Below, piece after piece: positions 8,091 through 15,862 of a DNA stretch of 32,000 bases. This stretch comes from Candidatus Saccharimonadota bacterium (GTDB lineage: Bacteria; Patescibacteriota; Microgenomatia; UBA1406; GWC2-37-13): assembly GCA_016699265.1 (NCBI GenBank), contig CP064967.1:870001-902000 (forward strand). The letters are read 5' to 3'. Under the pieces are notes generated by a model, which had not been told where the DNA came from, searched no databases, and was given only the letters and a program-made list of their open reading frames with translations. Each line of letters opens with the position of its first letter. Position 1 is the stretch's first letter. Both the position numbers and the translations under genes were made by a program.

Positions 8091-8534
8091 TTACAAAAGA
8101 GAAGGTAAGGTAAGGGGGCATGATATTCCGAAACAGATCTTCTGTTGAAACACCACATTTTCAAGTGTCCAGACTACAGCAAGCACAATAACGATCATCA
8201 AAACTCCCACAATCGCTGCCTGTATTTTATCTCGTGCTTTTTCAACACCACCCTTGTCTCCGCCTGAAGTGATCCATGCAAGTGCTCCAAGTAAAAGATA
8301 GAGAAGAGCCATGATACCGGCCACAACGAAAAATGCTCGAATGACGAAGGTTAGCAAATCTCCAATTGTTGGTATTGAGAAACCTAACGCTACGGGATCA
8401 ACCATTACATCACTGTCTGCTGGAGCTGCAAAAACCGAAACATATGAAGTGACATACGTGGCTGCAGTAAGAACGAGGGCATTAATCTTTTTCATTGCTA
8501 ACCTGATAGTAACTAATAATAAAAGTCGTGTCAA
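8091..8534 (-). CDS. Small signal-peptide/two-TM protein, TrbC/VirB2- or T4SS-pilin-like
   Basis: 147 aa. Signal-like N-terminus (...YVSVFAAPA), then helix / loop AWITSGGDKGGVEKARDKIQAAIVG / helix. Confidence 0.5.
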   Translation of the reverse strand: MTRLLLLVTIRLAMKKINALVLTAATYVTSYVSVFAAPADSDVMVDPVALGFSIPTIGDLLTFVIRAFFVVAGIMALLYLLLGALAWITSGGDKGGVEKARDKIQAAIVGVLMIVIVLAVVWTLENVVFQQKICFGISCPLTLPSLL

Positions 8535-8537
8535 GCC

Positions 8538-10052
8538 CTATTCATCTCGTGGTCTGTATTGAAGCGCCTCTGATATGTGCGTAGTCGAAATTGTTGGACT
8601 TCCTTCAAGGTCTGCGATGGTCTGACTGAGTTTAATCACCTTGAAATACGTTCTTGCGGATAATGAGAGTTTCATGATGGCTTGCTTGAGCAGCGCGGTT
8701 CCCTCCTCAGAGATAGTGCATAGTTTTTTGATATCTGATGGTCTCATCTCTGAATTTGAGTAAATTTTTGTACCAGCAAAACGTCTTCTTTGTAATATGC
8801 GAGCTCTATCAATCCTCCTCCGAATTGTCTCACTTCTCTCAGCATTCGCTTCTTCGAGAAGTTGGTCCTCAGTTACTGGAGGTACATCTATATGTAGATC
8901 GATCCTGTCAATAATTGGACCGGATAATCTTTTTCTATACTTCATGACCGCGCCAGGCATGCACTTACAGACTCTTTTCGGGTGGCCTAAGTATCCACAA
9001 GGACAGGGGTTAGAGGTCGCTATCAGAATAAATCTTGATGGATATTCCACACTGCCTGATGCTCGAGATATGATTACGCTGCCGTCCTCCAGCGGTTGAC
9101 GAAGAGCCTCTATTACATGTCGGGGGAACTCGGAAAACTCATCAAGAAATAAAACGCCACGATGAGCCAAAGATATCTCCCCTGGTTTCGGATTAGCTCC
9201 ACCTCCGATGAGTCCTATTCTTGATGTTGTATGGTGGGGTGAACGAAATGGTCTTGTCTGCGCGAGTGTGTGTTTATGAAGTAGACCGGCAACCGAGTGA
9301 ATAGCCGTAATTTCCAAGACCTCCTCCTTTGTAAGCTCTGGAAGAATTGAGACGAACGCTCTAGACAGCAGGGTCTTACCAGCGCCTGGCGGCCCTTTTA
9401 GGTGAATGTTATGAAAACCACATGACGCAATCTCAAGAGCTCTTTTTGCAACGTGCTGTCCTTTAATTTCACTGAAGTCATTCTCATACTCGGTGATGGG
9501 AGTTGAATTTTTACTTCTTACAGACTCCTGTAAATGTACATTTCCATTCAGATGTAAGATAAGAGAAGAAAGAGTTGGAACTCCATACACTATAATGTCA
9601 TCGATTAATAAGGCTTCATCAACGCTTTCTGACGAGGCGTAAATAACCTTTTTCCTTAACCGCTTTGCCAACTGCGTAATTGATATTACTCCTGGGACAG
9701 GTCGGATCATTCCCTCAAGAGAGAGTTCCCCGATGAATAGAGCATTTTCACATTCATTCTTATCAACGTACCCACATGCCGCTAGTATGCCAACTGCAAT
9801 TGGTAAATCCAGTCCCGACGTATCCTTTGGAATGTCTGCTGGAGCAAGATTTACGGTAAGTCGTGAGTCCGGCATATCAAATGAAGCGTTGTGAATCGCG
9901 GTTCTCACTCGTTCCTTAGATTCATCTACTGACTTTGCAGGTAGCCCAACTATAGTAAAGTGTGGAAAGCCACGACTAGCTACATCAACCTCAACTATAA
10001 TAGCGACACCCTCCAACCCCACCGTCACCCCGGATAATATTTTAGCTAACAT
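8538..10052 (-). CDS. comM: YifB/ComM family Mg-chelatase-like ATPase
   Basis: 504 aa. N-terminal Lon-protease-like domain, Walker A GPPGAGKT, LFLDEF, and a C-terminal ChlI-like domain. Confidence 0.9.
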   Translation of the reverse strand: MLAKILSGVTVGLEGVAIIVEVDVASRGFPHFTIVGLPAKSVDESKERVRTAIHNASFDMPDSRLTVNLAPADIPKDTSGLDLPIAVGILAACGYVDKNECENALFIGELSLEGMIRPVPGVISITQLAKRLRKKVIYASSESVDEALLIDDIIVYGVPTLSSLILHLNGNVHLQESVRSKNSTPITEYENDFSEIKGQHVAKRALEIASCGFHNIHLKGPPGAGKTLLSRAFVSILPELTKEEVLEITAIHSVAGLLHKHTLAQTRPFRSPHHTTSRIGLIGGGANPKPGEISLAHRGVLFLDEFSEFPRHVIEALRQPLEDGSVIISRASGSVEYPSRFILIATSNPCPCGYLGHPKRVCKCMPGAVMKYRKRLSGPIIDRIDLHIDVPPVTEDQLLEEANAERSETIRRRIDRARILQRRRFAGTKIYSNSEMRPSDIKKLCTISEEGTALLKQAIMKLSLSARTYFKVIKLSQTIADLEGSPTISTTHISEALQYRPRDE

Positions 10053-10068
10053 ATTTTGTTATCTTGCG

Positions 10069-10086
10069 ACCTGCCTGCAGGCAGGT
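10069..10086. repeat. Perfect 18-bp GC-rich palindrome ACCTGCCTGCAGGCAGGT
   Basis: Self-complementary, 17 nt upstream of the comM ATG. No U-tract on either strand. Confidence 0.8.
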
Positions 10087-10217
10087 AAGGCCTCCATTAC
10101 AAGCTACACATTACACGCTACACGATTAGTTGTCAGTCGCATATATGCTACAAAAAATACTATTTAGCGCTTCCTGACGGTCTCAAAATGAGGATGTATG
10201 TATTCAGTATGTCCATA

Positions 10218-10241
10218 CTTTAATTATTTAAATAATTAAAG
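10218..10241. repeat. Perfect 24-bp AT-only palindrome CTTTAATTATTTAAATAATTAAAG
   Basis: Self-complementary, 4 nt downstream of the stop of the DipZ-like gene. Confidence 0.8.
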
Positions 10242-10245
10242 TGAA

Positions 10246-11943
10246 TTAACCAAAGGTGAAGGCGAAGGCGCGAATGCCAGGGGATTTAAACCTTAATCTG
10301 AGTTGATGCTGAGCAGAATCACCTTTTAGATCTATTAGTTCATATAGTCGGGCAGTGTCCAACTCCACGACGCCGTTTTTTACATCTTTACCGCTTAGCG
10401 TTACTGGCACAACCTTACCATCGAGATTAACCTCAAACGATCCATAACTCTCTGAAGTTATGACAAGAAAAACTTTATTGGCATGGAACTGAAGATCTAT
10501 CGTTGATCCAGCTTTTGACTCTGCGTACTCTGGCATTGTCTTCCAGTCATCACTCAGCTGAAGATATGAGTTAGGCTCTGCTCGAAGAGAGCCCAAATAT
10601 GTCTCACGAGTTTTCACATCTTTTGGAGTGGTTTCTTCAAGCTGTGACTTTTCTTCGGTTACTTTTTTTCCCGCCTCCGCTAATAACTTTCTGATATTTT
10701 CCTCGGTTATATCGTAGTCACCCTCACCAAAATGGGTGTAACGAACATTACCATCAACATCGATAAGATATTTTGCCGGCCAGTAATGGTTGCTGTAAGC
10801 ATTCCATGTACTAAAATCGTTATCCTGCGCAACTGGATATTTTATTCCAAACTGTTTAATTGCATTTTGAACATTCTCTGTCTTTTTCTCAAACTCAAAC
10901 TCTGGTGTATGAACCCCAATGACAACAAATCCTTGGTCTTTGTACTTTTCATGCCAACTCGTTACAAACGGTAAAGTTCGAATGCAGTTGATACATGTAT
11001 AGGTCCAGAAATCGATCAAAACGACCTTGCCTTTAAGTTGAGCTATTGAAACCGAAGCATTGCCGTCAGCAGGAAGATTTAACCATTTCTCTATGCCGAC
11101 AAACTCAGGGGCTTTTCCTAATTTAGGTAAAATATCGTTGACTGAGTTCATTGGCTTGCCCTCAATAATCGTGCTTTGACCTCCTTTTTTTCCTTTCAAT
11201 TTGTTAAGTTGCGCCTTGACCACATCGTTACTTTCTAAATTGACTAGGAATTTAGAGTATTGTGGAAATGTATCAAGTAGTCTTGCCTGAATTACCTTAT
11301 CCTGATTTGTTAAAATCAAAGCCGCGGTCAAAATCATTACCACCCCAAAAACCTGTTGAATTCGACCTGTGTATTTTGAGAGTGCTTTGCTTTTTGCAAA
11401 AACACGATTCCCCAATAAAGCAAAAAGGAATAGAGGTATCCCCACACCAATTACATAAACTGTAGTAACGAGCACTATCTGAAAGTTAACTGCTTGAGTA
11501 GCTGCGAGTGTTGCGATCGTCGCAAGAATGGGCCCTGCGCATGGAGTCCACACTAACCCAAGAGCTAGTCCAGTTATAAAGCCGCTTGTAAATCCTGTCC
11601 CCTCCCTGTGCGTAAGCCCTCCCAGCCTTCCACTTAGACGACTTACTACGCCCTCCACTATTTGATTAAGTTGAGGTATGAGTAAGGTGAAACCAAAAAA
11701 TGCAATTATTCCTACCGCAAACATCCGCAGTAAGTCTAGGTCTAAAGGAATAATTGATACTATGTAGGAAATAGTAAGCGTGAAAATCGCAAAACTAGAC
11801 ATTATTCCAACGGTAATACCAAGAGGTTTGCGGTGACCACTTTGTGCGCTGGATGAAAGAATAATAGGGAGTAAGGGCCATATACAAGGCGCCGCTATCG
11901 TTACAAGCCCAGATAAAAATGCGAATATTAAAAGAACTACCAT
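10246..11943 (-). CDS. DipZ-like fusion: CcdA/DsbD-type thiol-disulfide transporter + thioredoxin-like (TlpA/redoxin) domain + C-terminal beta domain
   Basis: 565 aa. TM-embedded Cys motifs IAAPCIWPLLP and WTPCAGPIL; redoxin motif FWTYTCINCIRTLP followed by GVHTPEFEFEK...YWPAKYLID. Confidence 0.85.
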   Translation of the reverse strand: MVVLLIFAFLSGLVTIAAPCIWPLLPIILSSSAQSGHRKPLGITVGIMSSFAIFTLTISYIVSIIPLDLDLLRMFAVGIIAFFGFTLLIPQLNQIVEGVVSRLSGRLGGLTHREGTGFTSGFITGLALGLVWTPCAGPILATIATLAATQAVNFQIVLVTTVYVIGVGIPLFLFALLGNRVFAKSKALSKYTGRIQQVFGVVMILTAALILTNQDKVIQARLLDTFPQYSKFLVNLESNDVVKAQLNKLKGKKGGQSTIIEGKPMNSVNDILPKLGKAPEFVGIEKWLNLPADGNASVSIAQLKGKVVLIDFWTYTCINCIRTLPFVTSWHEKYKDQGFVVIGVHTPEFEFEKKTENVQNAIKQFGIKYPVAQDNDFSTWNAYSNHYWPAKYLIDVDGNVRYTHFGEGDYDITEENIRKLLAEAGKKVTEEKSQLEETTPKDVKTRETYLGSLRAEPNSYLQLSDDWKTMPEYAESKAGSTIDLQFHANKVFLVITSESYGSFEVNLDGKVVPVTLSGKDVKNGVVELDTARLYELIDLKGDSAQHQLRLRFKSPGIRAFAFTFG

Positions 11944-11944
11944 T

Positions 11945-12526
11945 TTATAAATTCGAGAGTTCCGACACTAGAGTCTGCACGTCCCAAGTATCGGCTGAGT
12001 TAATTACTACCTGCCCACCCTTCAGAACAATCTTATGATGTTGGTAAGGAATCTTAAATTTTTCTGCGAGAGATTTTTCATCTTCATCGGTCTGATCATC
12101 CTTAAAGTTCACTCTAAACCCAGCGACATCGTCTCTCTTTAGCTTGTTGAAGCCTTCGATAAGTTCCGTTTCCTGAGCTCTACAGATTGGACACCAGTTC
12201 GCATAAAATTCTAGGTAAACAATCTTGCCTTCACTCAATGCTTTTTCATAATCCTTCAGGTTAAATTCAGAGAAGGTACTATTTTTTTTAGCAAGTATCT
12301 TTGCCATCATTACCCCATCTTTTTGTACCGTTTCATTATCGCTAACTGCCATTACTTCTTTTTTCTCCATCGCCTCGGTTTCAGCAGATTCTATATTCTC
12401 TCTCTTGGTCATTGCTTCCTTACCGGCGCTCTGCAATTGCCAAAAAAAGAATCCTCCAACTACTAAAAATAGTATTATCATCGCCACCACAACAATCTGC
12501 ACATTACCCTTTTTGAATTTATTCAT
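11945..12526 (-). CDS. Membrane-anchored thioredoxin-fold protein
   Basis: 193 aa with an N-terminal TM helix and the CxxC motif FYANWCPICRAQE. Confidence 0.75.
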   Translation of the reverse strand: MNKFKKGNVQIVVVAMIILFLVVGGFFFWQLQSAGKEAMTKRENIESAETEAMEKKEVMAVSDNETVQKDGVMMAKILAKKNSTFSEFNLKDYEKALSEGKIVYLEFYANWCPICRAQETELIEGFNKLKRDDVAGFRVNFKDDQTDEDEKSLAEKFKIPYQHHKIVLKGGQVVINSADTWDVQTLVSELSNL

Positions 12527-12534
12527 ACATGTAT

Positions 12535-12900
12535 TTAATTTGTAATACGAGTAAAAATCTGACTTAAAACCTTAGATAGAATCATCACTAATAGGGCGAC
12601 CGTCAGCCAAGGATCGCTCTGATGATAAAAGCTTTGAATAACGAATCCAACCATTAATATACTGAGACCTCCTATGTAACCTGCTCTTCCAGCCTTATCT
12701 CGTAATACCATCTCGCGCTCATCTTCGGCTTTCTCATACCATACGAGTCCAGCAAAAAACATGAAAAATATTGTCACCCCAGCAAGTAGCAGCATATGCG
12801 CAGGTTGAGGCATCCATAGATTAGTCGGATTAACTAACCCAACTACGAGTAAAATTAGAGTGATTGATACGACTATCTCTTTCTTTATTTTTTTATACAT
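12535..12900 (-). CDS. Integral membrane protein (3-4 TM), unknown function
   Basis: Hydrophobic ORF. The ATG at 12900 overlaps the XRE gene stop by 8 nt; the track alternative start is 12927. Confidence 0.5.
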   Translation of the reverse strand: MYKKIKKEIVVSITLILLVVGLVNPTNLWMPQPAHMLLLAGVTIFFMFFAGLVWYEKAEDEREMVLRDKAGRAGYIGGLSILMVGFVIQSFYHQSDPWLTVALLVMILSKVLSQIFTRITN

Positions 12901-13102
12901 TTTTGAATGTGAATGCTTTTTCAACATTTGTTTTAAAGTATCTGGCTATCTTAAATCCCAAAAGCAAAGAGGGACTATAGTTGCCTTTTTCAATTGCAAT
13001 TACTGTCTGCCTCGTTACTCCCACTGCCTCAGCTAGATGTTCTTGAGTTACTCCGTTGTCCTTGCGTAGTTTATGGACATTGCTGGTTATAATTCCGTTC
13101 AT
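12893..13102 (-). CDS. XRE/Cro-family helix-turn-helix transcriptional regulator
   Basis: 69 aa. LRKDNGVTQEHLAEAVGVTRQTVIAIEKGNYSPSLLLGFKIARYF is a canonical HTH_3 signature. Confidence 0.85.
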   Translation of the reverse strand: MNGIITSNVHKLRKDNGVTQEHLAEAVGVTRQTVIAIEKGNYSPSLLLGFKIARYFKTNVEKAFTFKNV

Positions 13103-13108
13103 TTCCTA

Positions 13109-13136
13109 ACATTGTAAAGTTACAATTTTACAATGT
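13109..13136. promoter_or_regulatory. Candidate operator: perfect 10-bp inverted repeat ACATTGTAAA-N8-TTTACAATGT overlapping the -10 of the XRE gene
   Basis: Arms at 13109-13118 and 13127-13136 are exact reverse complements. On the minus strand, TACAAT (13116-13111) sits 8 nt upstream of the ATG at 13102. Confidence 0.5.
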
Positions 13137-13195
13137 CAAGTTAACTTAACATTACGATTTTCGGTAATCATATTGAATTATATCTTCGATTAGCC

Positions 13196-13201
13196 TATCA
13201 T
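13196..13201 (+). promoter_or_regulatory. -10-like TATCAT, 6 nt upstream of the ATG at 13208
   Basis: gccTATCATctgataATG. Confidence 0.4.
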
Positions 13202-13207
13202 CTGATA

Positions 13208-13792
13208 ATGGACCTAGATGACTCTCTTCGACGAAGGCTTTACGTATCATTCATCACTATTGGAATTTTCTTTCCTCTTGTAACATTTTTTTTCCTACAA
13301 TTTTTCATTCTAAAATCTTTTGCGAAAGCAGATATACTAGCGGATGCCTCACATGTTACCGTAAACATCAATCACAACTGGAGGATGCTTGCGAAAGGTT
13401 CTCAGATAAACTCTTTCCGAGTTGTTGCTCTGACGGTAAGCAAAATTACCGATAAAAAACTCCGTGGTGAAGCTGAACAGATGGTTGATTCTTTCGAGGG
13501 GTCTCGCATGAGACTTGAGGGAGAAGGAGACTTTGTGAGAGCTGTGGGAGCTCGTAGTCAAGGTAAATACTCGCTTATTTTAGTGAACTACGATCCAAAA
13601 AATCGTAATAAGGAACTCGCACCGATTACTCTCACTCATCTTGAGAATGGCACCTATTCAACATCCATCACTACGGTAGGTGGAGTGACGGTCAAAAACG
13701 AAGGTTCAATCGTAGTAGATGGAATTATGAAGAGAACGATATTCATGGCACCGAATCAAATCACTTTGATTACGCTCGAGAGAGAAAAATAG
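13208..13792 (+). CDS. Hypothetical membrane-anchored protein
   Basis: 194 aa with one N-terminal TM helix (ITIGIFFPLVTFFFLQFFIL), then a beta-rich region with no recognised motif. Confidence 0.5.
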   Translation: MDLDDSLRRRLYVSFITIGIFFPLVTFFFLQFFILKSFAKADILADASHVTVNINHNWRMLAKGSQINSFRVVALTVSKITDKKLRGEAEQMVDSFEGSRMRLEGEGDFVRAVGARSQGKYSLILVNYDPKNRNKELAPITLTHLENGTYSTSITTVGGVTVKNEGSIVVDGIMKRTIFMAPNQITLITLEREK

Positions 13793-13793
13793 A

Positions 13794-14033
13794 TTATTTC
13801 TTAGAAGAACCTGAATTAAGCTGCTCGGTTATAGTTTTCATTGTATCTGCTCCATTCCTATCATATCGAACTCCTTTTCCTTCCTTTAACTCCATTGTGG
13901 TTACGCTTATCATGGTCTTAACGCTTTGAATATTTCGGTAGAGAATAACCTGTCCAACGGCAAGTAAAATAACCGCTAAGATAATTACTCGGATCAAGGT
14001 GTCGTAGTTTTGCTCTTGCGTATTTTTTACCAT
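13794..14033 (-). CDS. Hypothetical small single-TM protein
   Basis: 79 aa with one TM helix (VIILAVILLAVGQVILY). Confidence 0.4.
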   Translation of the reverse strand: MVKNTQEQNYDTLIRVIILAVILLAVGQVILYRNIQSVKTMISVTTMELKEGKGVRYDRNGADTMKTITEQLNSGSSKK

Positions 14034-14095
14034 GAATATATCTTAGACAAGATTATATCTAAGAACGACCGCAATAATCAAGCTCAATGCTTTGT

Positions 14096-14101
14096 TACAA
14101 T
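14096..14101 (+). promoter_or_regulatory. -10 box TACAAT, 6 nt upstream of the ATG at 14108
   Basis: ttgtTACAATacttgtATG. Confidence 0.5.
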
Positions 14102-14107
14102 ACTTGT

Positions 14108-14557
14108 ATGAAAATTGTGAATCGAAAACTCCAACGCGACTATGAAATTTTAGAGACACTTGAGGTTGGCGTTATGCTTACAGGACCTGAGGTTAAGTCC
14201 ATTCGTGAGGAAAAAATAAATCTTGACAACTCCCACGTCAAAATTCTTGGCAATGAGCTCTTTCTTGTGAACGCAGATATTTATCCTTACCTTCTGGCTC
14301 CAAAGACCGTGCAAGAAACAAAAAGGAGTCGTAAATTACTCATCCATAAAAAGGAATTATTACGCCTACAGACAAAGATGCATGGAGTGTCAGGGCTTAC
14401 TATAGCGCCTGTTTCATGCTATAATAAGGGTGCGCTAATAAAGGTCGCAATAGCCCTCGTCCGAGGTCGAAAAGACATTGAAAAACGCAAATTAGAAAAG
14501 CAAAGAGACATGGCACGAAACGAAAAAAGAGAAGTAAAAGAGTACCTTAAGAACTAA
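14108..14557 (+). CDS. smpB: SsrA-binding protein SmpB
   Basis: MKIVNRKLQRDYEILETLEVGVMLTGPEVKSIRE...RKLLIHKKEL and a basic C-terminal tail. The start is taken at the internal ATG at 14108. Confidence 0.92.
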   Translation: MKIVNRKLQRDYEILETLEVGVMLTGPEVKSIREEKINLDNSHVKILGNELFLVNADIYPYLLAPKTVQETKRSRKLLIHKKELLRLQTKMHGVSGLTIAPVSCYNKGALIKVAIALVRGRKDIEKRKLEKQRDMARNEKREVKEYLKN

Positions 14558-14581
14558 GAAATTAGAACTTAAAAATAACAT

Positions 14582-14981
14582 GGGGATGTACAGAATCGAT
14601 GAGGAATTTGCACGTTTACAAATGGTTAGGGCGTACTAGAACGTCACTCAGGAAAAATCTAACTGCAGATGAACAATCACATGCAGCCGAAGCTTTTGCC
14701 TACAGCAATGCTTATAGCAATAACATGCAATTTGCGTTTGCCTAAGTAAAACTTTAGCCTCGATATTAGTTTCCCTTGATTCTACTAATATTTGAGGTAA
14801 ACCAATCAAGGTGAGGCAACATTACATTTTCAGTTGGTAATGAAGTCGAAAAACCCATAACTGACTGTCAGACAGTAGTTTGTTTGTTTACTTTGTCCGA
14901 CATGCGTGAAAACAATCTATCCCTAACTAAACCTTTGTATTTGTGTTTCTTCAGACGGGGGCTCAACACCCCCCATCTCCA
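14582..14981 (+). ncRNA. ssrA: tmRNA (ssrA), about 400 nt
   Basis: 5' GGGGATG pairs with 3' CATCTCC, including the G3:U wobble. T-arm GGGGG-CTCAACA-CCCCC, discriminator A. The internal tag ORF at 14665-14742 reads ADEQSHAAEAFAYSNAYSNNMQFAFA, followed by TAA at 14743-14745. It lies directly downstream of smpB. Confidence 0.9.
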
Positions 14982-15105
14982 CACTCCGCTCTCGACATTA
15001 AGCCGGAGCTTCGTGTGTCAGTCCACCATTAGGATCTTTATCTGTGCTTCCGTAATAGACGTCTTCGCAACATTCCTAAATCGTGTAATATAGTCTTACA
15101 AATCT

Positions 15106-15798
15106 ATGTCAGACCTTGAAGCCACTGTCCCATCTGAAATTCCTCGACTACCCTCTCCCGATCGGTTTGGAAATTTTAGGTCCGGTAAATTTCTGATCTC
15201 TCAACATGGGAAAGACGCTCTCACACAACATAAAATCGATCCACAGTTGCTGTTTGGGAAAATCGATCATCTCAGAGAAATGCTTGATCAAGATGGAGCA
15301 TTAAAGACAGCGCACGAAAGTGGTATGGAGTTACAAAGATATGAGGCTGGAGAGTACTCTCGTCTTTATCGTCTTGATTTTGATGGTCATCAATATATTG
15401 TAAAGATACCATCTCAGAAACACCATACTCCGCATACTCCTTATTCTCAGCACATGTTGCAGAAGCAGGCAATCGCAAAAGATCTTGAGACTCAGCTATC
15501 TGAGCTTCAGATTACGGTACCAAAGCCACTTATAGCGTCTGACGATTTTTACCTCGAGGAATACACTGAAGGCCGATTGCCCTACCTAACCGGCGAAGAT
15601 CATATCTACGACGCCTTAAACAAAGCTCGAGGCATACTGAGTACATATTTACAAACAGCAAAACAAAAAGAACCTGAAATCTGGGCGAACACCGGCATCG
15701 AAATCGTGCCTCCATATGAGCGAATTCACACAATGAGAGTGCGACCCGATGGAATGCTTTCATGGGTAGCCCCTGTTTTTAATACATCGCTTAAATAA
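15106..15798 (+). CDS. Hypothetical protein (230 aa)
   Basis: Long clean ORF, no TM segment and no motif I can name. Confidence 0.5.
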   Translation: MSDLEATVPSEIPRLPSPDRFGNFRSGKFLISQHGKDALTQHKIDPQLLFGKIDHLREMLDQDGALKTAHESGMELQRYEAGEYSRLYRLDFDGHQYIVKIPSQKHHTPHTPYSQHMLQKQAIAKDLETQLSELQITVPKPLIASDDFYLEEYTEGRLPYLTGEDHIYDALNKARGILSTYLQTAKQKEPEIWANTGIEIVPPYERIHTMRVRPDGMLSWVAPVFNTSLK

Positions 15799-15850
15799 TT
15801 GAGCCCTCCTTCATATCGCTTTGCTAAAAGCTTGAAAAATATTTCTTTGC

Positions 15851-15856
15851 TATAAT
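15851..15856 (+). promoter_or_regulatory. -10 box TATAAT, 6 nt upstream of the ATG at 15863
   Basis: tgcTATAATgcgtgcATG. Confidence 0.5.
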
Positions 15857-15862
15857 GCGTGC

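Noticed and set aside
10170-10180. 11-mer CTTCCTGACGG shared with 26814-26824, with partly similar flanks (TTAG-GC upstream, CAA downstream)
   Set aside because: In 32 kb on both strands, many 11-mer coincidences are expected by chance. I could fold no common structure or match it to a known RNA. I briefly compared it with the SRP RNA domain IV, without a convincing match.
14884-15093. 69-aa ORF overlapping the 3' third of the tmRNA
   Set aside because: It covers the tmRNA T-arm and acceptor (GGGGGCTCAACACCCCCCATCTCCA), so the RNA gene explains the sequence.
14982-15105. Prophage or island attachment site at the tmRNA 3' end
   Set aside because: No integrase gene, and no duplicated copy of the tmRNA 3' end, was found downstream in the window.
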